A stretch of DNA of 62,004 nucleotides, taken from the IMG/VR virus record IMGVR_UViG_3300003669_000091, positions 1-62,004 of that record, one strand, 5' to 3'. Source of the DNA: a virus. Its lineage: Duplodnaviria; Caudoviricetes. The position numbers were made by a program, and so were the translations under genes. Of the stretch, positions 9,813 through 19,445 are shown one piece after another (position 1 is the first letter of the stretch; each line of letters opens with the position of its first letter). The notes beneath the pieces are model-generated. The model had not been told where the DNA came from. It saw nothing but the letters and a program-made list of their open reading frames with translations, and made no database searches.

Positions 9813-11456
9813 TTACACGGTGAGGGTCTGGGTAACAGTGATCTGGCGGGCGCAACCGTCGTACCTGAGGGAGTACGAGTAATCGACCTTGTCATACGGT
9901 CGGTTTGCATTGGGCCGCACGTCGTACTTGTAGGCGGCGCCGTTCATCTCCGGAGCGCTCGACGGGACCAACCAATCGGCCGCCTGGCAATCCGCGAAAA
10001 AGACCCGCATGAAGTCCGCCATCCGACTCACGGCGACCTTGACCGGCAGTTGCTTAAGCGTCGCCGCAAAGCGTGTGATCACGTCATCCACGCTGGACGA
10101 CATATCGGCCACGGAAATCAACTTCTTCAGGCTGTTCTCGACCTGCGCACAGGTGAGCGAGTCCTTGAATACGTAGCGACCACCACCGGTGAATACTTCG
10201 TACAGCACCGGATTGATTTTGGCCTTGGCCAAGTCGTTCATTTCCGGATTGCTCGGCGAATACACCTGAGTGATACCGTTCCGCTGAATCGGCCATTCGC
10301 GGCCGGCAATCGGGTAGTTCTTGGCGGCGAACCCCTTGCCGTTGACCGCTGCGTTGCGACCGCAGGCATACGCAATGTTGAGCGTGGCAGTTCCGAAGTA
10401 TCCCTTGCCGTTCAAGCCAGTCGGGTCGTTGCTCTTCAACGGAGTCCAAAAGGCGTGAATCAGGTGTGCCGTCAGGCTGGCGCCCATATTCAACTGTTCG
10501 ACGAATGCGATAGCGGCCTCGGGAGTGAGGTTGCCAGGCACGTCGAAGCGCAATTGGCGGTTCGTATCGAACGACAACTGAGCAAGCTGCGCCAACAGCG
10601 CCGGCGACTGGCTGCCACCGGCCGAGATGTAGGCGTAGTTGTGGATGGTGCTCTGCAACTTGGCGCGAGCAGCCATCAGGTTGGTCGTCGTGTAGGTCGT
10701 CCCGCCTTCGATGAAGCACACGAGCGTTCCGCTCTTGGCCCACTTCTCGCGGCCATTCGCATCGTAGCCGTAGGCGCTGTGCGTGGTCGCGATGCTGATA
10801 ACCGAAGGATCGATGGAAACTTCGATCGCATCGGTCTGGCTGGCTACGATATCCGGCAGATAGGCCGAATTGCCGTAGTCATCCAGTGCTGCCGGGTTCA
10901 GGGAACCAAAGAACTCATGGCGCAGATCGCCAGCGCTGTCGCGGATACGCAGTGCGATTCTGTCGTTCGCCTGGGCCACGCCGCCAACTTTCTTGGTGTC
11001 AGCATGAAACTCCATCTGGATACCGTCGTTGTAGCACTCCAGATCCTTGACTGCGAGCAGGTACGGCGTGCCGGGAAGCACGGCGTTCGCGGTCCAATCG
11101 ACATTGTCCGCAGTGCCGGAATTCGGTGTGGCAATCGCGTACTTGATCACTGCGGAATCGGAAGCAAGGCGCTGGACTACCGCTTCGTAAGCTCCCTTGT
11201 TGAGAGCTTCAACCACTTGAACGTAGGCCTCGTTCAAGGCCGACACACGCATGGATTCGCCCTTGCCGATTTTCTTGATCACGTTGCCGCGATTGATCTT
11301 GAAAGGCTTGTCGATGCGACCACGAGTAGCACGCATCATGATGCCGAATACCTGATCCGAGTTGTCGCTGATGGTCGGCAATTCGGATTCGTCGCGCAGC
11401 GGGTTAAGCTGCACACCTGACTCGGCCCCGAGTTGTCGGTCGAAAGCGGTAGTCAT
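9813..11456 (-). CDS. Contractile tail sheath protein (P1-like)
   Basis: 547 aa; RGRIDKPF N-terminal motif, NDLAKAKINPV, C-terminal Y..RYDGCARQI. Confidence 0.8.
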   Translation of the reverse strand: MTTAFDRQLGAESGVQLNPLRDESELPTISDNSDQVFGIMMRATRGRIDKPFKINRGNVIKKIGKGESMRVSALNEAYVQVVEALNKGAYEAVVQRLASDSAVIKYAIATPNSGTADNVDWTANAVLPGTPYLLAVKDLECYNDGIQMEFHADTKKVGGVAQANDRIALRIRDSAGDLRHEFFGSLNPAALDDYGNSAYLPDIVASQTDAIEVSIDPSVISIATTHSAYGYDANGREKWAKSGTLVCFIEGGTTYTTTNLMAARAKLQSTIHNYAYISAGGSQSPALLAQLAQLSFDTNRQLRFDVPGNLTPEAAIAFVEQLNMGASLTAHLIHAFWTPLKSNDPTGLNGKGYFGTATLNIAYACGRNAAVNGKGFAAKNYPIAGREWPIQRNGITQVYSPSNPEMNDLAKAKINPVLYEVFTGGGRYVFKDSLTCAQVENSLKKLISVADMSSSVDDVITRFAATLKQLPVKVAVSRMADFMRVFFADCQAADWLVPSSAPEMNGAAYKYDVRPNANRPYDKVDYSYSLRYDGCARQITVTQTLTV

Positions 11457-11465
11457 GATCGCTCC

Positions 11466-11903
11466 TTAGCTTTCGTTCTGCTGGTTGGAATCAGCAGCCG
11501 TGGTTTCACCCGCCGACTTCGACTCTTCCGCCTGCTTCGACTCTTCGCCCTGGCCAGTCGCATCCGTGGAGACCTTGTCGGAAGCCTTCGCTTTGCCCTT
11601 CGGCTTCTCGATTTCTTCCACCGTCATCGCCTCCTCGTAGCGATTGAGTTCGGCGATCTGCTCCACATCGGTCGTGAAGGTTTGCAGTTGTTCGAAACTG
11701 TCGATCACCACCGTCGCGCAGGATTTTTCTTCGTCGCAGACGTGTCCGAGGAACAAGCCAGCAACCGGGAATACCACCTGGCGCGGCATGTGATTGATCA
11801 CCTTTACGGTGAGCGGAAACTTGGCACTCTTGAATGCCTCGCCGACAACATCGTTGGCGTCCTTCCCGGTCAGGGAAGGAGCGCCGATGATTACTTTACG
11901 CAT
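11466..11903 (-). CDS. Hypothetical virion-associated protein
   Basis: Good RBS (AGGAG); between capsid and sheath genes. Confidence 0.6.
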   Translation of the reverse strand: MRKVIIGAPSLTGKDANDVVGEAFKSAKFPLTVKVINHMPRQVVFPVAGLFLGHVCDEEKSCATVVIDSFEQLQTFTTDVEQIAELNRYEEAMTVEEIEKPKGKAKASDKVSTDATGQGEESKQAEESKSAGETTAADSNQQNES

Positions 11904-11928
11904 ATCGATTCTCCTTTACCCAGCCCGA

Positions 11929-13590
11929 TTAGGAAGGCATGTTGATGATGTTGATCAGAGCGGCGCCCTTGGCAGACGGACCGTGCGGATTCAACTCGGT
12001 GAAGCTGCGGGCGTAGTAGCCGGCGCCTTCGTTAAGGTCGCCACCCATGGCCAACGGCTTGATGACAGCCGGTGCCGCGTCGCCAAGCACGACCGGGTTG
12101 CGGGTGACATCCGTTGCCTTGCCAATCGACAGCACCTTGGTTGCCGTTGCGGTGTCGTACTGGTCCATGTTCGGCGAGTAATAAACGTCGTAGAGACCGA
12201 ACAGGCGGCCAGCGCGGAAGATGCCGGGGCGATCGGAGATACCGGACGACTGGAAGATTTCCGCCGGCAAGAGGCGACAAAACGCCACGAACTTCTTGCT
12301 GCCGTAGAGATGTGTGATGCCGTGGTTCATGGTTGCAATCGCCATCACTTGCGATGCGATGCCGATAGTCGCCGCAAATTCCTGGAAGACCTGGGCGCGA
12401 GTCTTCTGAGCGCCCTGATTGGCCCAATCGAAGTTGAAATCGATCTGGTTCTGCTTTGCGATCCGCATCATCAGACTGAGGGAGTCGAAATGACGTTCGT
12501 TCGCGACCTGAGCATTGATGGCGATGATGCTCTCGCTGTACGGATCGAGGCCAAGTTCGGCCGACATCTGGGTACGCGAATCCGGCGTAACGCGCGTCAG
12601 AACGCGCCACGGAGAAGCGAACAGCGAGTACATATCGACGTTGGTGATGATGCTCGGCGTGATGGAGGGATCACGCTCATAGTCGATGAAGCTGCGGACG
12701 TGGAATTCGTTTGCCACCGGGAGCTTCGGCGTGGTGGTCATCGCAATGTCGCCGGTATCCGTGTTGATCGTGCCGCCGATCTGATACTCGGTACCGGATA
12801 CGTTGATGCTGCCAGACACGGCAGAGGTGCCAGATCCGACCTTGCTGATTTCGACCGCAGCCAGTTGGCCGTTGACATAGACCTGAGTGCGACCACGCAT
12901 CAACTTGACGGCGCCGCCGTTCGAATCACAGGTTTCGTCGTTGGTCTGGACCTTCGTCAGCTTGCCGGTAACGGTGCCATCGACTGCGGACACGGTACAT
13001 TTGTGCGTGCGCACGGACGACACGTAGCGCTTGCCAGAGTACGACGCATCCATCACGCCGTTCTGGGCATATTCGCCGAAGGTATCGCCGGCGACATGGA
13101 CCATGATGGCCAGCTTGGCTTCGTTGCTGGAGATGTCCGCCGGCAGGTAATGTGCGAACGGGATGGCTTCGCTGAAGGCCGACATGATGGCAACAACCGC
13201 ACGATTCGGTTGCAGCGACAGGTTGTCGGCGTGCATCGAGGTGGAGTCGAGGGTGCCGGCTTCCTTGCGACCATCCGTGGTCAGGCCGTAGGCAAGGTGA
13301 AACCCGTATTCGGCAACGTCGGCCGGCATCGGGCAACCATGGCGTGCTTCGTATTCGTTGGCACCGTCCAGGATGGCGCGGTGGATGAACTGGCGGTTGT
13401 CTTCGCCAGCTTCGTCGAGAACCGCCAGCAGGGCGTCCGGAACTTTGACCCCGGCGATGCTCTGGTTCAGGGCAATGGCCATGAAGTCGTCAGCGGCGGC
13501 CGAATCGAACGTGCCAGACTTGACGGAACTTTCACGAAGGCCTTTGACGAATGCGCCGGCCTCGTTGGTGCTGCGCTTGTTGCTTTCCAT
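11929..13590 (-). CDS. Major capsid protein precursor (P1 gp23-like)
   Basis: About 553 aa, strong codon bias, first gene after a late promoter; start 13590 has SD GAGG (alternative ATG 13608). Confidence 0.8.
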   Translation of the reverse strand: MESNKRSTNEAGAFVKGLRESSVKSGTFDSAAADDFMAIALNQSIAGVKVPDALLAVLDEAGEDNRQFIHRAILDGANEYEARHGCPMPADVAEYGFHLAYGLTTDGRKEAGTLDSTSMHADNLSLQPNRAVVAIMSAFSEAIPFAHYLPADISSNEAKLAIMVHVAGDTFGEYAQNGVMDASYSGKRYVSSVRTHKCTVSAVDGTVTGKLTKVQTNDETCDSNGGAVKLMRGRTQVYVNGQLAAVEISKVGSGTSAVSGSINVSGTEYQIGGTINTDTGDIAMTTTPKLPVANEFHVRSFIDYERDPSITPSIITNVDMYSLFASPWRVLTRVTPDSRTQMSAELGLDPYSESIIAINAQVANERHFDSLSLMMRIAKQNQIDFNFDWANQGAQKTRAQVFQEFAATIGIASQVMAIATMNHGITHLYGSKKFVAFCRLLPAEIFQSSGISDRPGIFRAGRLFGLYDVYYSPNMDQYDTATATKVLSIGKATDVTRNPVVLGDAAPAVIKPLAMGGDLNEGAGYYARSFTELNPHGPSAKGAALINIINMPS

Positions 13591-13646
13591 AAGATTTTCC
13601 TCTTCCATTGGTTGGCCGGCTGTCGGCTAAGTAAAGCTGCCGGGCC

Positions 13647-13687
13647 ATTGTTCACCTTGGTTTTGGAGGGAAAATCCGCCGTTTTCC
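13647..13687 (-). promoter_or_regulatory. Predicted late promoter 2 (GGAAAAC-N28-AACAAT)
   Basis: GTTTTCC at 13681-13687; hexamer at 13652-13647. Confidence 0.75.
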
Positions 13688-13692
13688 GTGTT

Positions 13693-15678
13693 TTAAGCGC
13701 TTGAGTATCCGCCTGTCACGACATGGGCGATTCGGCGGTTGGAAAGGTCCTGGCCAGGCTCATTGGCCGGCGGCGTGACGGTGATGTTTCGTCCTGCGTC
13801 ATCCGATGAAAGTGGGACATGAATCTGAGGGGCATCGGGAATCTGCGGGGGAGCCGGCATGGCTGGCATCGTGGGCAGCGGACTGGTGGCAATCTGCGGA
13901 TTTTTTGACACTGCCGAATATGTCTTGATGTAGCCGGAGGCATCCTTCGCCATTTGTTCGTAATATTTGAGCGGAGTGGTCCCGTTGGCATCTGCCTTTC
14001 CAGTTCCGCCTTTGGATACCTCCAGGGCGCCACCAATGCCAGCAATGTGGCGAGCCTTCAACAGGCCGGCAATCTTCCCCTGCGAGTCACCAGGCTGGAT
14101 CGCGCCTTTTCTCACCAATTCGGCATATGCCTTATCGGAATTGACCTTGAAGGCGCCGTCCTGAATATCAGCCGACGCCAAGTACTTTTCCTTGCTCATG
14201 CCGGATACCCAGTTATCCGGATTGTCCAGAAACTTACCCATGCCTCCGGATTTAGCCCACTCCCACTCAGACTTGAATCCACCAGACTTGATCGCGGCCT
14301 TCACTGCGGCACTACCGCCTTTGATCAGACCGGCATCGGCCAGCCACCCGGCGCCAGCTTGATAGCGGCCCATGTATCCCTGCTTGTTGAAGATGCCAAG
14401 TTCCCCGCCGCTACTTTCTGTTTCTGTTGTCGAGGCAACCAAAGCACGGGTATGCGCATCATCAAGGCCATCGATATTCCCTTGCGAGTATTCGGCCCCA
14501 GTGCGCAATGCCCGATCCTTTACCTTGTTCCCCTTCAATCCAGAAAAAAATCTGGCTATTCGACCTTTCTTCGCCTCGGCGTCCTGGCGCTCAAGTTCTT
14601 GATAGGTTCGATTCAGCCGGTAGTTGTATTCAGGCGACGCGGAATCGACGTTGGCGGCTGCCATCGCCGCACGCGCCCGGTCCATCCGCTCATACTCGTC
14701 GGTACCGTTCTGCTCGCGGCGATTCCTCTCTCGAATGGATTCAATTTCGGCATCCTTGTCGATACCGATCTTCTTCAATGCTTGCTTTGCCGGATCAGCA
14801 AGACCCTTCTGAATCCCCTCGGCAATATCCTTGTCAGCCGATGAGTTTCCGGTGAAGAACTTAACCAGGATTGCAATCCCTGCTGCAGCCGCAGTGAGTG
14901 CCGTTGCCATGGGAATCAGAAGCGGGCCAAGGCGTGTCACTGCAGCAATCAAGGCGGATGTCCACGACACGCCTCCGTCCTCGCCTGCGGCAGGCTTATC
15001 TTCAATCGCCTTCAGGCTTTTGACCGTTGCCTTTTCGTAGGTCGTCTGATCAGTACGGATGCCCTTGAGTTCATCCCACAACCGACCGAACCACGTGCTC
15101 TGCCTATTTTCTTCAGCATCGCCAAACATCGTCTTGTAGCCGCGCTTCAATGGCTCTGCGACTTCGTTGAATGCTTTGAATGTCGGGTCAGCTTCTTCTG
15201 AGTTTGAAATTCCTTCGGTTACTGCCGAAGCGACCCGCTGCGCAAAGCCGTCAGATGACATCAACAGCGAACTTCCGCCATCGACTCCGCCTGAGGATCG
15301 CGCGGATTGCGAACCGACTTCACCTGATCGCCCTATGAAGCGACCTCTTCCATCACGGATCCTTGTCGCAACCAGATTATTTGGCGCGACAGTTCGGCTA
15401 TCCGGCTTGGCCGCCTTGACCATTGCCGACATCTGCCTATTTACCGCAGCCGATATCTCTGCCTGAACAGCTGGAGTGGAACTGCGAACCGGCGCAACCG
15501 GCGTTGCTGGAGCTCTGCTCGTCCTGGTCGGAACCTGCGGCGAACTTCCCGATGACCCAGCAAGCGCCTGACGCATGGCGCGCACATCTGACTGGATCGA
15601 ACCAAGCAATGAAACCGCACGCTGAAGATCAATCGGGTCGCCAATCAGAAAGCCATCTGAATCGTGTTGGAGAGTCAT
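13693..15678 (-). CDS. Tape-measure-like protein with lysozyme/lytic-transglycosylase-like domain (P1 Sit-like role)
   Basis: Helical Ala-rich body, central hydrophobic segment, TETESSGG...YMGRYQAG lysozyme-fold motif. Confidence 0.65.
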   Translation of the reverse strand: MTLQHDSDGFLIGDPIDLQRAVSLLGSIQSDVRAMRQALAGSSGSSPQVPTRTSRAPATPVAPVRSSTPAVQAEISAAVNRQMSAMVKAAKPDSRTVAPNNLVATRIRDGRGRFIGRSGEVGSQSARSSGGVDGGSSLLMSSDGFAQRVASAVTEGISNSEEADPTFKAFNEVAEPLKRGYKTMFGDAEENRQSTWFGRLWDELKGIRTDQTTYEKATVKSLKAIEDKPAAGEDGGVSWTSALIAAVTRLGPLLIPMATALTAAAAGIAILVKFFTGNSSADKDIAEGIQKGLADPAKQALKKIGIDKDAEIESIRERNRREQNGTDEYERMDRARAAMAAANVDSASPEYNYRLNRTYQELERQDAEAKKGRIARFFSGLKGNKVKDRALRTGAEYSQGNIDGLDDAHTRALVASTTETESSGGELGIFNKQGYMGRYQAGAGWLADAGLIKGGSAAVKAAIKSGGFKSEWEWAKSGGMGKFLDNPDNWVSGMSKEKYLASADIQDGAFKVNSDKAYAELVRKGAIQPGDSQGKIAGLLKARHIAGIGGALEVSKGGTGKADANGTTPLKYYEQMAKDASGYIKTYSAVSKNPQIATSPLPTMPAMPAPPQIPDAPQIHVPLSSDDAGRNITVTPPANEPGQDLSNRRIAHVVTGGYSSA

Positions 15679-16586
15679 GGCGTCACGAATGTGTCGAGTT
15701 GCGAGAAGGTCATCTGGATTTCTTCGAGGTTGTCATCGCGGCGCGATAGATCAACCTCGAGATTGGCTGGCCTGAACAGGCCGATATCCTCATACCCTCC
15801 GGTCCTTTCATTGCTGATAGTCGAATGGACAACCCGTATCGTGATCGCGTAATGCCCGGGCGGACTTACCGTTCCGTCAGCCGCTGCCGCCGTTGCGCTG
15901 TGCGCTGAAAACCACCGTCGAATGGTTCCGGTTTCGTCATCCTTTGTCGAAATGCGCATCTCGATGGGCTCAGATGAATCAACAATGTCGACCGACGCTG
16001 CCCCTACACGCACCTTTTCCCCTGAAATGGTGATTGGTGCATATGAGACATCCGTCGCAAAGAGATTGAAGTGATCGAATTTCCAGCCTCTTCCGAACAA
16101 ATTGCTCGATACCTCAAGTAGGAATAGATTCTTCCTTGCGAATCGTGTCGCCCTGATCTTGTCGTGCAACCGCTTGGCTTCAAGCGGAGAGATGCCACCG
16201 AACAGAGGTGTCGGCCGTCCCCAGTATTTGACCTGTGACGCGACGCCGTCCATTCCTGGGAAGATGTCCCGCAACAGACCCGAGTCCAGTAACTGAAGGC
16301 CTGCACCTTGAATGTCGCCGTTCATGAGGCTGCCGGCGATATTTATCCCAGTCGTGACGTTGCGTAGCCTTCCTGGAGGCACGGCCCGGTTGAAGGCATT
16401 CATGGCCGCGTTCTTGGCCATGCCTACGCCGATAGTGGATACCGCCTGAGCAAGCTTACCGCCGCCCAACTCTTTGGCCACTGCGGACCCGATACCACCC
16501 AGCGCATTGTCCAGCATGCCCGATGCCGTAGCGCTCACACTTCCGGATGATGCAAGGGCGCGTGCCGTTTCGTCGTAAAGGCTCAC
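15675..16586 (-). CDS. Tail tube-like/baseplate hub protein
   Basis: C-terminal tube-like pattern (ISTKDDETGTIRRWF...LEVDLSRR..LEEIQMTFSQ). Confidence 0.5.
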   Translation of the reverse strand: MSLYDETARALASSGSVSATASGMLDNALGGIGSAVAKELGGGKLAQAVSTIGVGMAKNAAMNAFNRAVPPGRLRNVTTGINIAGSLMNGDIQGAGLQLLDSGLLRDIFPGMDGVASQVKYWGRPTPLFGGISPLEAKRLHDKIRATRFARKNLFLLEVSSNLFGRGWKFDHFNLFATDVSYAPITISGEKVRVGAASVDIVDSSEPIEMRISTKDDETGTIRRWFSAHSATAAAADGTVSPPGHYAITIRVVHSTISNERTGGYEDIGLFRPANLEVDLSRRDDNLEEIQMTFSQLDTFVTP

Positions 16587-16589
16587 TGA

Positions 16590-18131
16590 CTACTCCCCGC
16601 TCTCTGCGCCCGCGGGTGCGGCGGTAATCGCCTTGGCCAATGTTTCGGCAAGGTCATCGTCAAGCATCATGAACTTGGCCAAGAAGGTCTTTACCACGTC
16701 GGACGGAGCTCCGATGTCCTTAAGATCGCGCATAGTCTGAACCAGTTGCGCGCCTGCCAACATCTGGTCCGACTTGGTCTTCTGGCGTTCTGCCTCGAGG
16801 GCGGAAATTGATCCGTAGAAATTGACTGTCCACGGCCGCTCATGAACCGGGAACACGAACCCATACCGGTTCATGGTGTGGATATCGATCGCGTGGTTCG
16901 CAAATTCGGTGTAGGCATTGCGGATGACAAGAGAAACCTCGGCGGCCTGGGCCGATACCCGGAAAAACCCACCCTCTCCCAGCCCACCAGACAACTGATC
17001 GGCGAAGCCCAACATGGCGATATCTGACCCGAGGGCTCCGGCCATCATCTTTGCATGCAACAAGACATCCTCGATCGACATGGTTCCACCACGCCCCTGG
17101 CCATTACCCATTGACTGGATAGCGGCCACTTGTTTTTCCCCAAAGATCGGCAGGATGTGGCGAATTCTCTCCAGCACTGGCTGTCCTGACTTGACAGCCA
17201 TTTCCGCGCGCTGCTTCGATAGTTGGAGCATGTTGATCAGGGATGTGGTGAATTTCTTCGCTTGATCACCAGTCATTCCATCCATATTTGCAGTGACGAT
17301 CGATTCATCAATCGAATCCATCCATCGCTGACCAACGAGCCCCAGCAAAGAAGCCGACAACTTGTCATAGGCCGGCTCGGCATTGAAGAGAAACGACCCG
17401 CCGACCATTGCCGGCATGATCGGAAGCGCGTCGATATCGTCCTCGGTCAGTGCTAGGCGTAGCGACTTCTCTACCACGCCATACTGTGGAACCCATTGCG
17501 TGCGCGGCATCTTCAGACGTGCAATCTGGGATACGTCCATGCGCTCGAAATTGCGCTCGCCGAGATAGACGGCGAAACCGACCGTCCGACTTCCGCGCTC
17601 AAATGGTTGAACCAACTGCGGGCGCAACATCTCGTCGATGTGCAGATCGATCAGACCTTTACCACGGCGGGCGTAGATTCGTGCGTATGAGTCGCCAAAG
17701 GCGCACCCGGTGTAGCAGCTGGTGAAAGCTTCCTTATTGAGCAGCGGCCCAACGTTGTCGGCAATCTCCTTCACGATCTTGTCGAGGCGTTTGTCCTTTG
17801 CAAACTCAGGCTTTGTTTCGACGAAGATCCGCTGACCGGTTGTCTCATGGCCGCCCAGAGCGGTCGTTACGTGCAAACGCAATGCCGTCGAAACGAGAGG
17901 ATCACCTTCCATCTGTGCCCACTTGTCGTAGATCACCTGGCGGGCACGGGCTTCACGGTTGCCGCTTGAAAGCAGAGAGGCGACCGTTGTGGCACCGGCG
18001 CCGTAGAGAAGCGAGTCAGACTGCGATATCTGCTGTGCCGGAGCGATGAACGATGACGCCCATCTCCTTGCGCTCATTCCCATTCGGGACAGCACGCCGG
18101 CAGGTTTGGTTGGTGCGTTTTGAATAGGCAT
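16590..18131 (-). CDS. Portal protein (P1 Prt-like)
   Basis: 513 aa; QMEGDPLVSTALRLHVTTAL and MLGFADQLSGGLGEGGFFRVS resemble P1-type portals. Confidence 0.8.
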   Translation of the reverse strand: MPIQNAPTKPAGVLSRMGMSARRWASSFIAPAQQISQSDSLLYGAGATTVASLLSSGNREARARQVIYDKWAQMEGDPLVSTALRLHVTTALGGHETTGQRIFVETKPEFAKDKRLDKIVKEIADNVGPLLNKEAFTSCYTGCAFGDSYARIYARRGKGLIDLHIDEMLRPQLVQPFERGSRTVGFAVYLGERNFERMDVSQIARLKMPRTQWVPQYGVVEKSLRLALTEDDIDALPIMPAMVGGSFLFNAEPAYDKLSASLLGLVGQRWMDSIDESIVTANMDGMTGDQAKKFTTSLINMLQLSKQRAEMAVKSGQPVLERIRHILPIFGEKQVAAIQSMGNGQGRGGTMSIEDVLLHAKMMAGALGSDIAMLGFADQLSGGLGEGGFFRVSAQAAEVSLVIRNAYTEFANHAIDIHTMNRYGFVFPVHERPWTVNFYGSISALEAERQKTKSDQMLAGAQLVQTMRDLKDIGAPSDVVKTFLAKFMMLDDDLAETLAKAITAAPAGAESGE

Positions 18132-18161
18132 GGCGCGCCACGGTCTGAGGACAATGGCGCG

Positions 18162-18202
18162 ATGGTAGGCTTGCTATGGTGCGGAATATGGCTTGGTTTT
18201 CC
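18162..18202 (-). promoter_or_regulatory. Predicted late promoter 3 (GGAAAAC-N28-TACCAT)
   Basis: GTTTTCC at 18196-18202; hexamer at 18167-18162. Confidence 0.75.
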
Positions 18203-18230
18203 GCGAGAAGACTGGCTATTTCGGCAAGGC

Positions 18231-18500
18231 TTACTCAAGGACCGTCATTGAGCATGGCTTTCCGCGCCCTTTCCAGCCAGGCATTTCGATGTACGCTTGC
18301 AGGCGCCATTGGCCAGCTTGATTGATGTCACCCGCAGCGAGAACGTACTTGATTGCTGTAGCCCCGTCAGCTACCGCAATCCATTCACGGTCTTCGCCAG
18401 TCGGCGTGGTGACCTTTATTTTACGAACGGTCGCCGTACTGACATTGACCACACAATCGAGGGAAATCTCTGTCCCTTCATCGCCAACATAAACGCTCAT
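18231..18500 (-). CDS. Small Ig-like structural protein (BppU N-terminal-like)
   Basis: YVGDEGT...IKYVLAAGDINQAGQWRLQAYI pattern. Confidence 0.55.
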   Translation of the reverse strand: MSVYVGDEGTEISLDCVVNVSTATVRKIKVTTPTGEDREWIAVADGATAIKYVLAAGDINQAGQWRLQAYIEMPGWKGRGKPCSMTVLE

Positions 18501-18673
18501 TGGACTTCCTCTGCATCAATAGCCGAACTCAGGACGACCCTTTTGGTCAGCGGCCCTCTGACTTTTAGCTTGGTCTTAACAATTGGTGACTGGATAGAAA
18601 CCCGGCAGGTCACCGGCGACTTTTCCTGTAGCCTTGTCTGGATTGGTGATTGCAACGTGACGCGTTCTATCAT
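18497..18673 (-). CDS. 58-aa protein with periodic S-P-hydrophobic repeats
   Basis: ATGA overlaps at both ends; MIERVTLQSPIQTRLQEKSPVTCRVSIQSPIVK... Confidence 0.55.
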   Translation of the reverse strand: MIERVTLQSPIQTRLQEKSPVTCRVSIQSPIVKTKLKVRGPLTKRVVLSSAIDAEEVQ

Positions 18674-18807
18674 TTCAGTGATGACCTGAGCGCAATGCGC
18701 CGTGTGATGGGCGACAGCATGCGCACCCTCAAGCGCCGGATAGATGCCGCGAAATGTCCAAACCAATTTCCCAGTGATCGACCAGCAAAGCGCCCCATGT
18801 AGTTCAT
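18670..18807 (-). CDS. 45-aa basic protein missing from the ORF track
   Basis: ATGA overlaps with both neighbours; MNYMGRFAGRSLGNWFGHFAASIRRLRVRMLSPITRRIALRSSLK. Confidence 0.55.
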   Translation of the reverse strand: MNYMGRFAGRSLGNWFGHFAASIRRLRVRMLSPITRRIALRSSLK

Positions 18808-19436
18808 GATGCGTCCCTTGCGGTCACTGTTCTTGTGCCATCGCCGCCCATGGTTGCCGTGATGCGGTCCTTGGTATCAGCCAAATCCCTGAAAGATGGC
18901 GCAGTCCCATCAAGTCCTCTTGCATTGCCGGCAGCAAACGAGAGCAGTAGCCGCATGGCGCCGCGCAGATCAAGTGCTTGCTCGACGATGGAATCAAGAA
19001 CAGATTCGGCGATCTGCGCGAGCGTGTATTCGTTCCCGGTGGTCGTAACACGGATGATTTCGGCAACTGGAGGGGTATAGTCAATGAAGCAAGCGCCGGT
19101 CACCAGAGAACGGTCGAACGGATCTGAGCCATCGTCAGACAGCAGTTCGCCGGTCACGTTAAGGCGGGTCACGCCGGCCGGAATGACCAGCTTGGTTCCG
19201 CCGAGAAGGCGGGTATAGCGCGGTGTGCGCTTTGTGCCATCCTGATTCTTCGGCTCATTGCCGCGCGCCTCGAGGAATGCATCGAATGGGCGTACCGATT
19301 CGTCAGTCGCCCGCAGCGTCTTGTATTCCGGGTAGAGATCAGCCGTCGGATGAAAGCTCAAGACGCCTCCTATTACCTCTGAAGCGTCCAGATACACCCG
19401 GCGCGCAGGCCCATCGATGGAGGCGATAAGCCCCAT
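18804..19436 (-). CDS. Putative virion appendage protein
   Basis: C-terminal LRGAMRLLLSFAAG...FRDLADTKDRITAT..G.R pattern seen in phage structural proteins. Confidence 0.5.
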   Translation of the reverse strand: MGLIASIDGPARRVYLDASEVIGGVLSFHPTADLYPEYKTLRATDESVRPFDAFLEARGNEPKNQDGTKRTPRYTRLLGGTKLVIPAGVTRLNVTGELLSDDGSDPFDRSLVTGACFIDYTPPVAEIIRVTTTGNEYTLAQIAESVLDSIVEQALDLRGAMRLLLSFAAGNARGLDGTAPSFRDLADTKDRITATMGGDGTRTVTARDAS

Positions 19437-19445
19437 GGCTATCTC

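Noticed and set aside
10050-13704. Long plus-strand ORFs (456 and 636 aa) opposite the sheath and capsid genes
   Set aside because: Antisense shadows of strongly codon-biased genes; no motifs, RBS or promoter.
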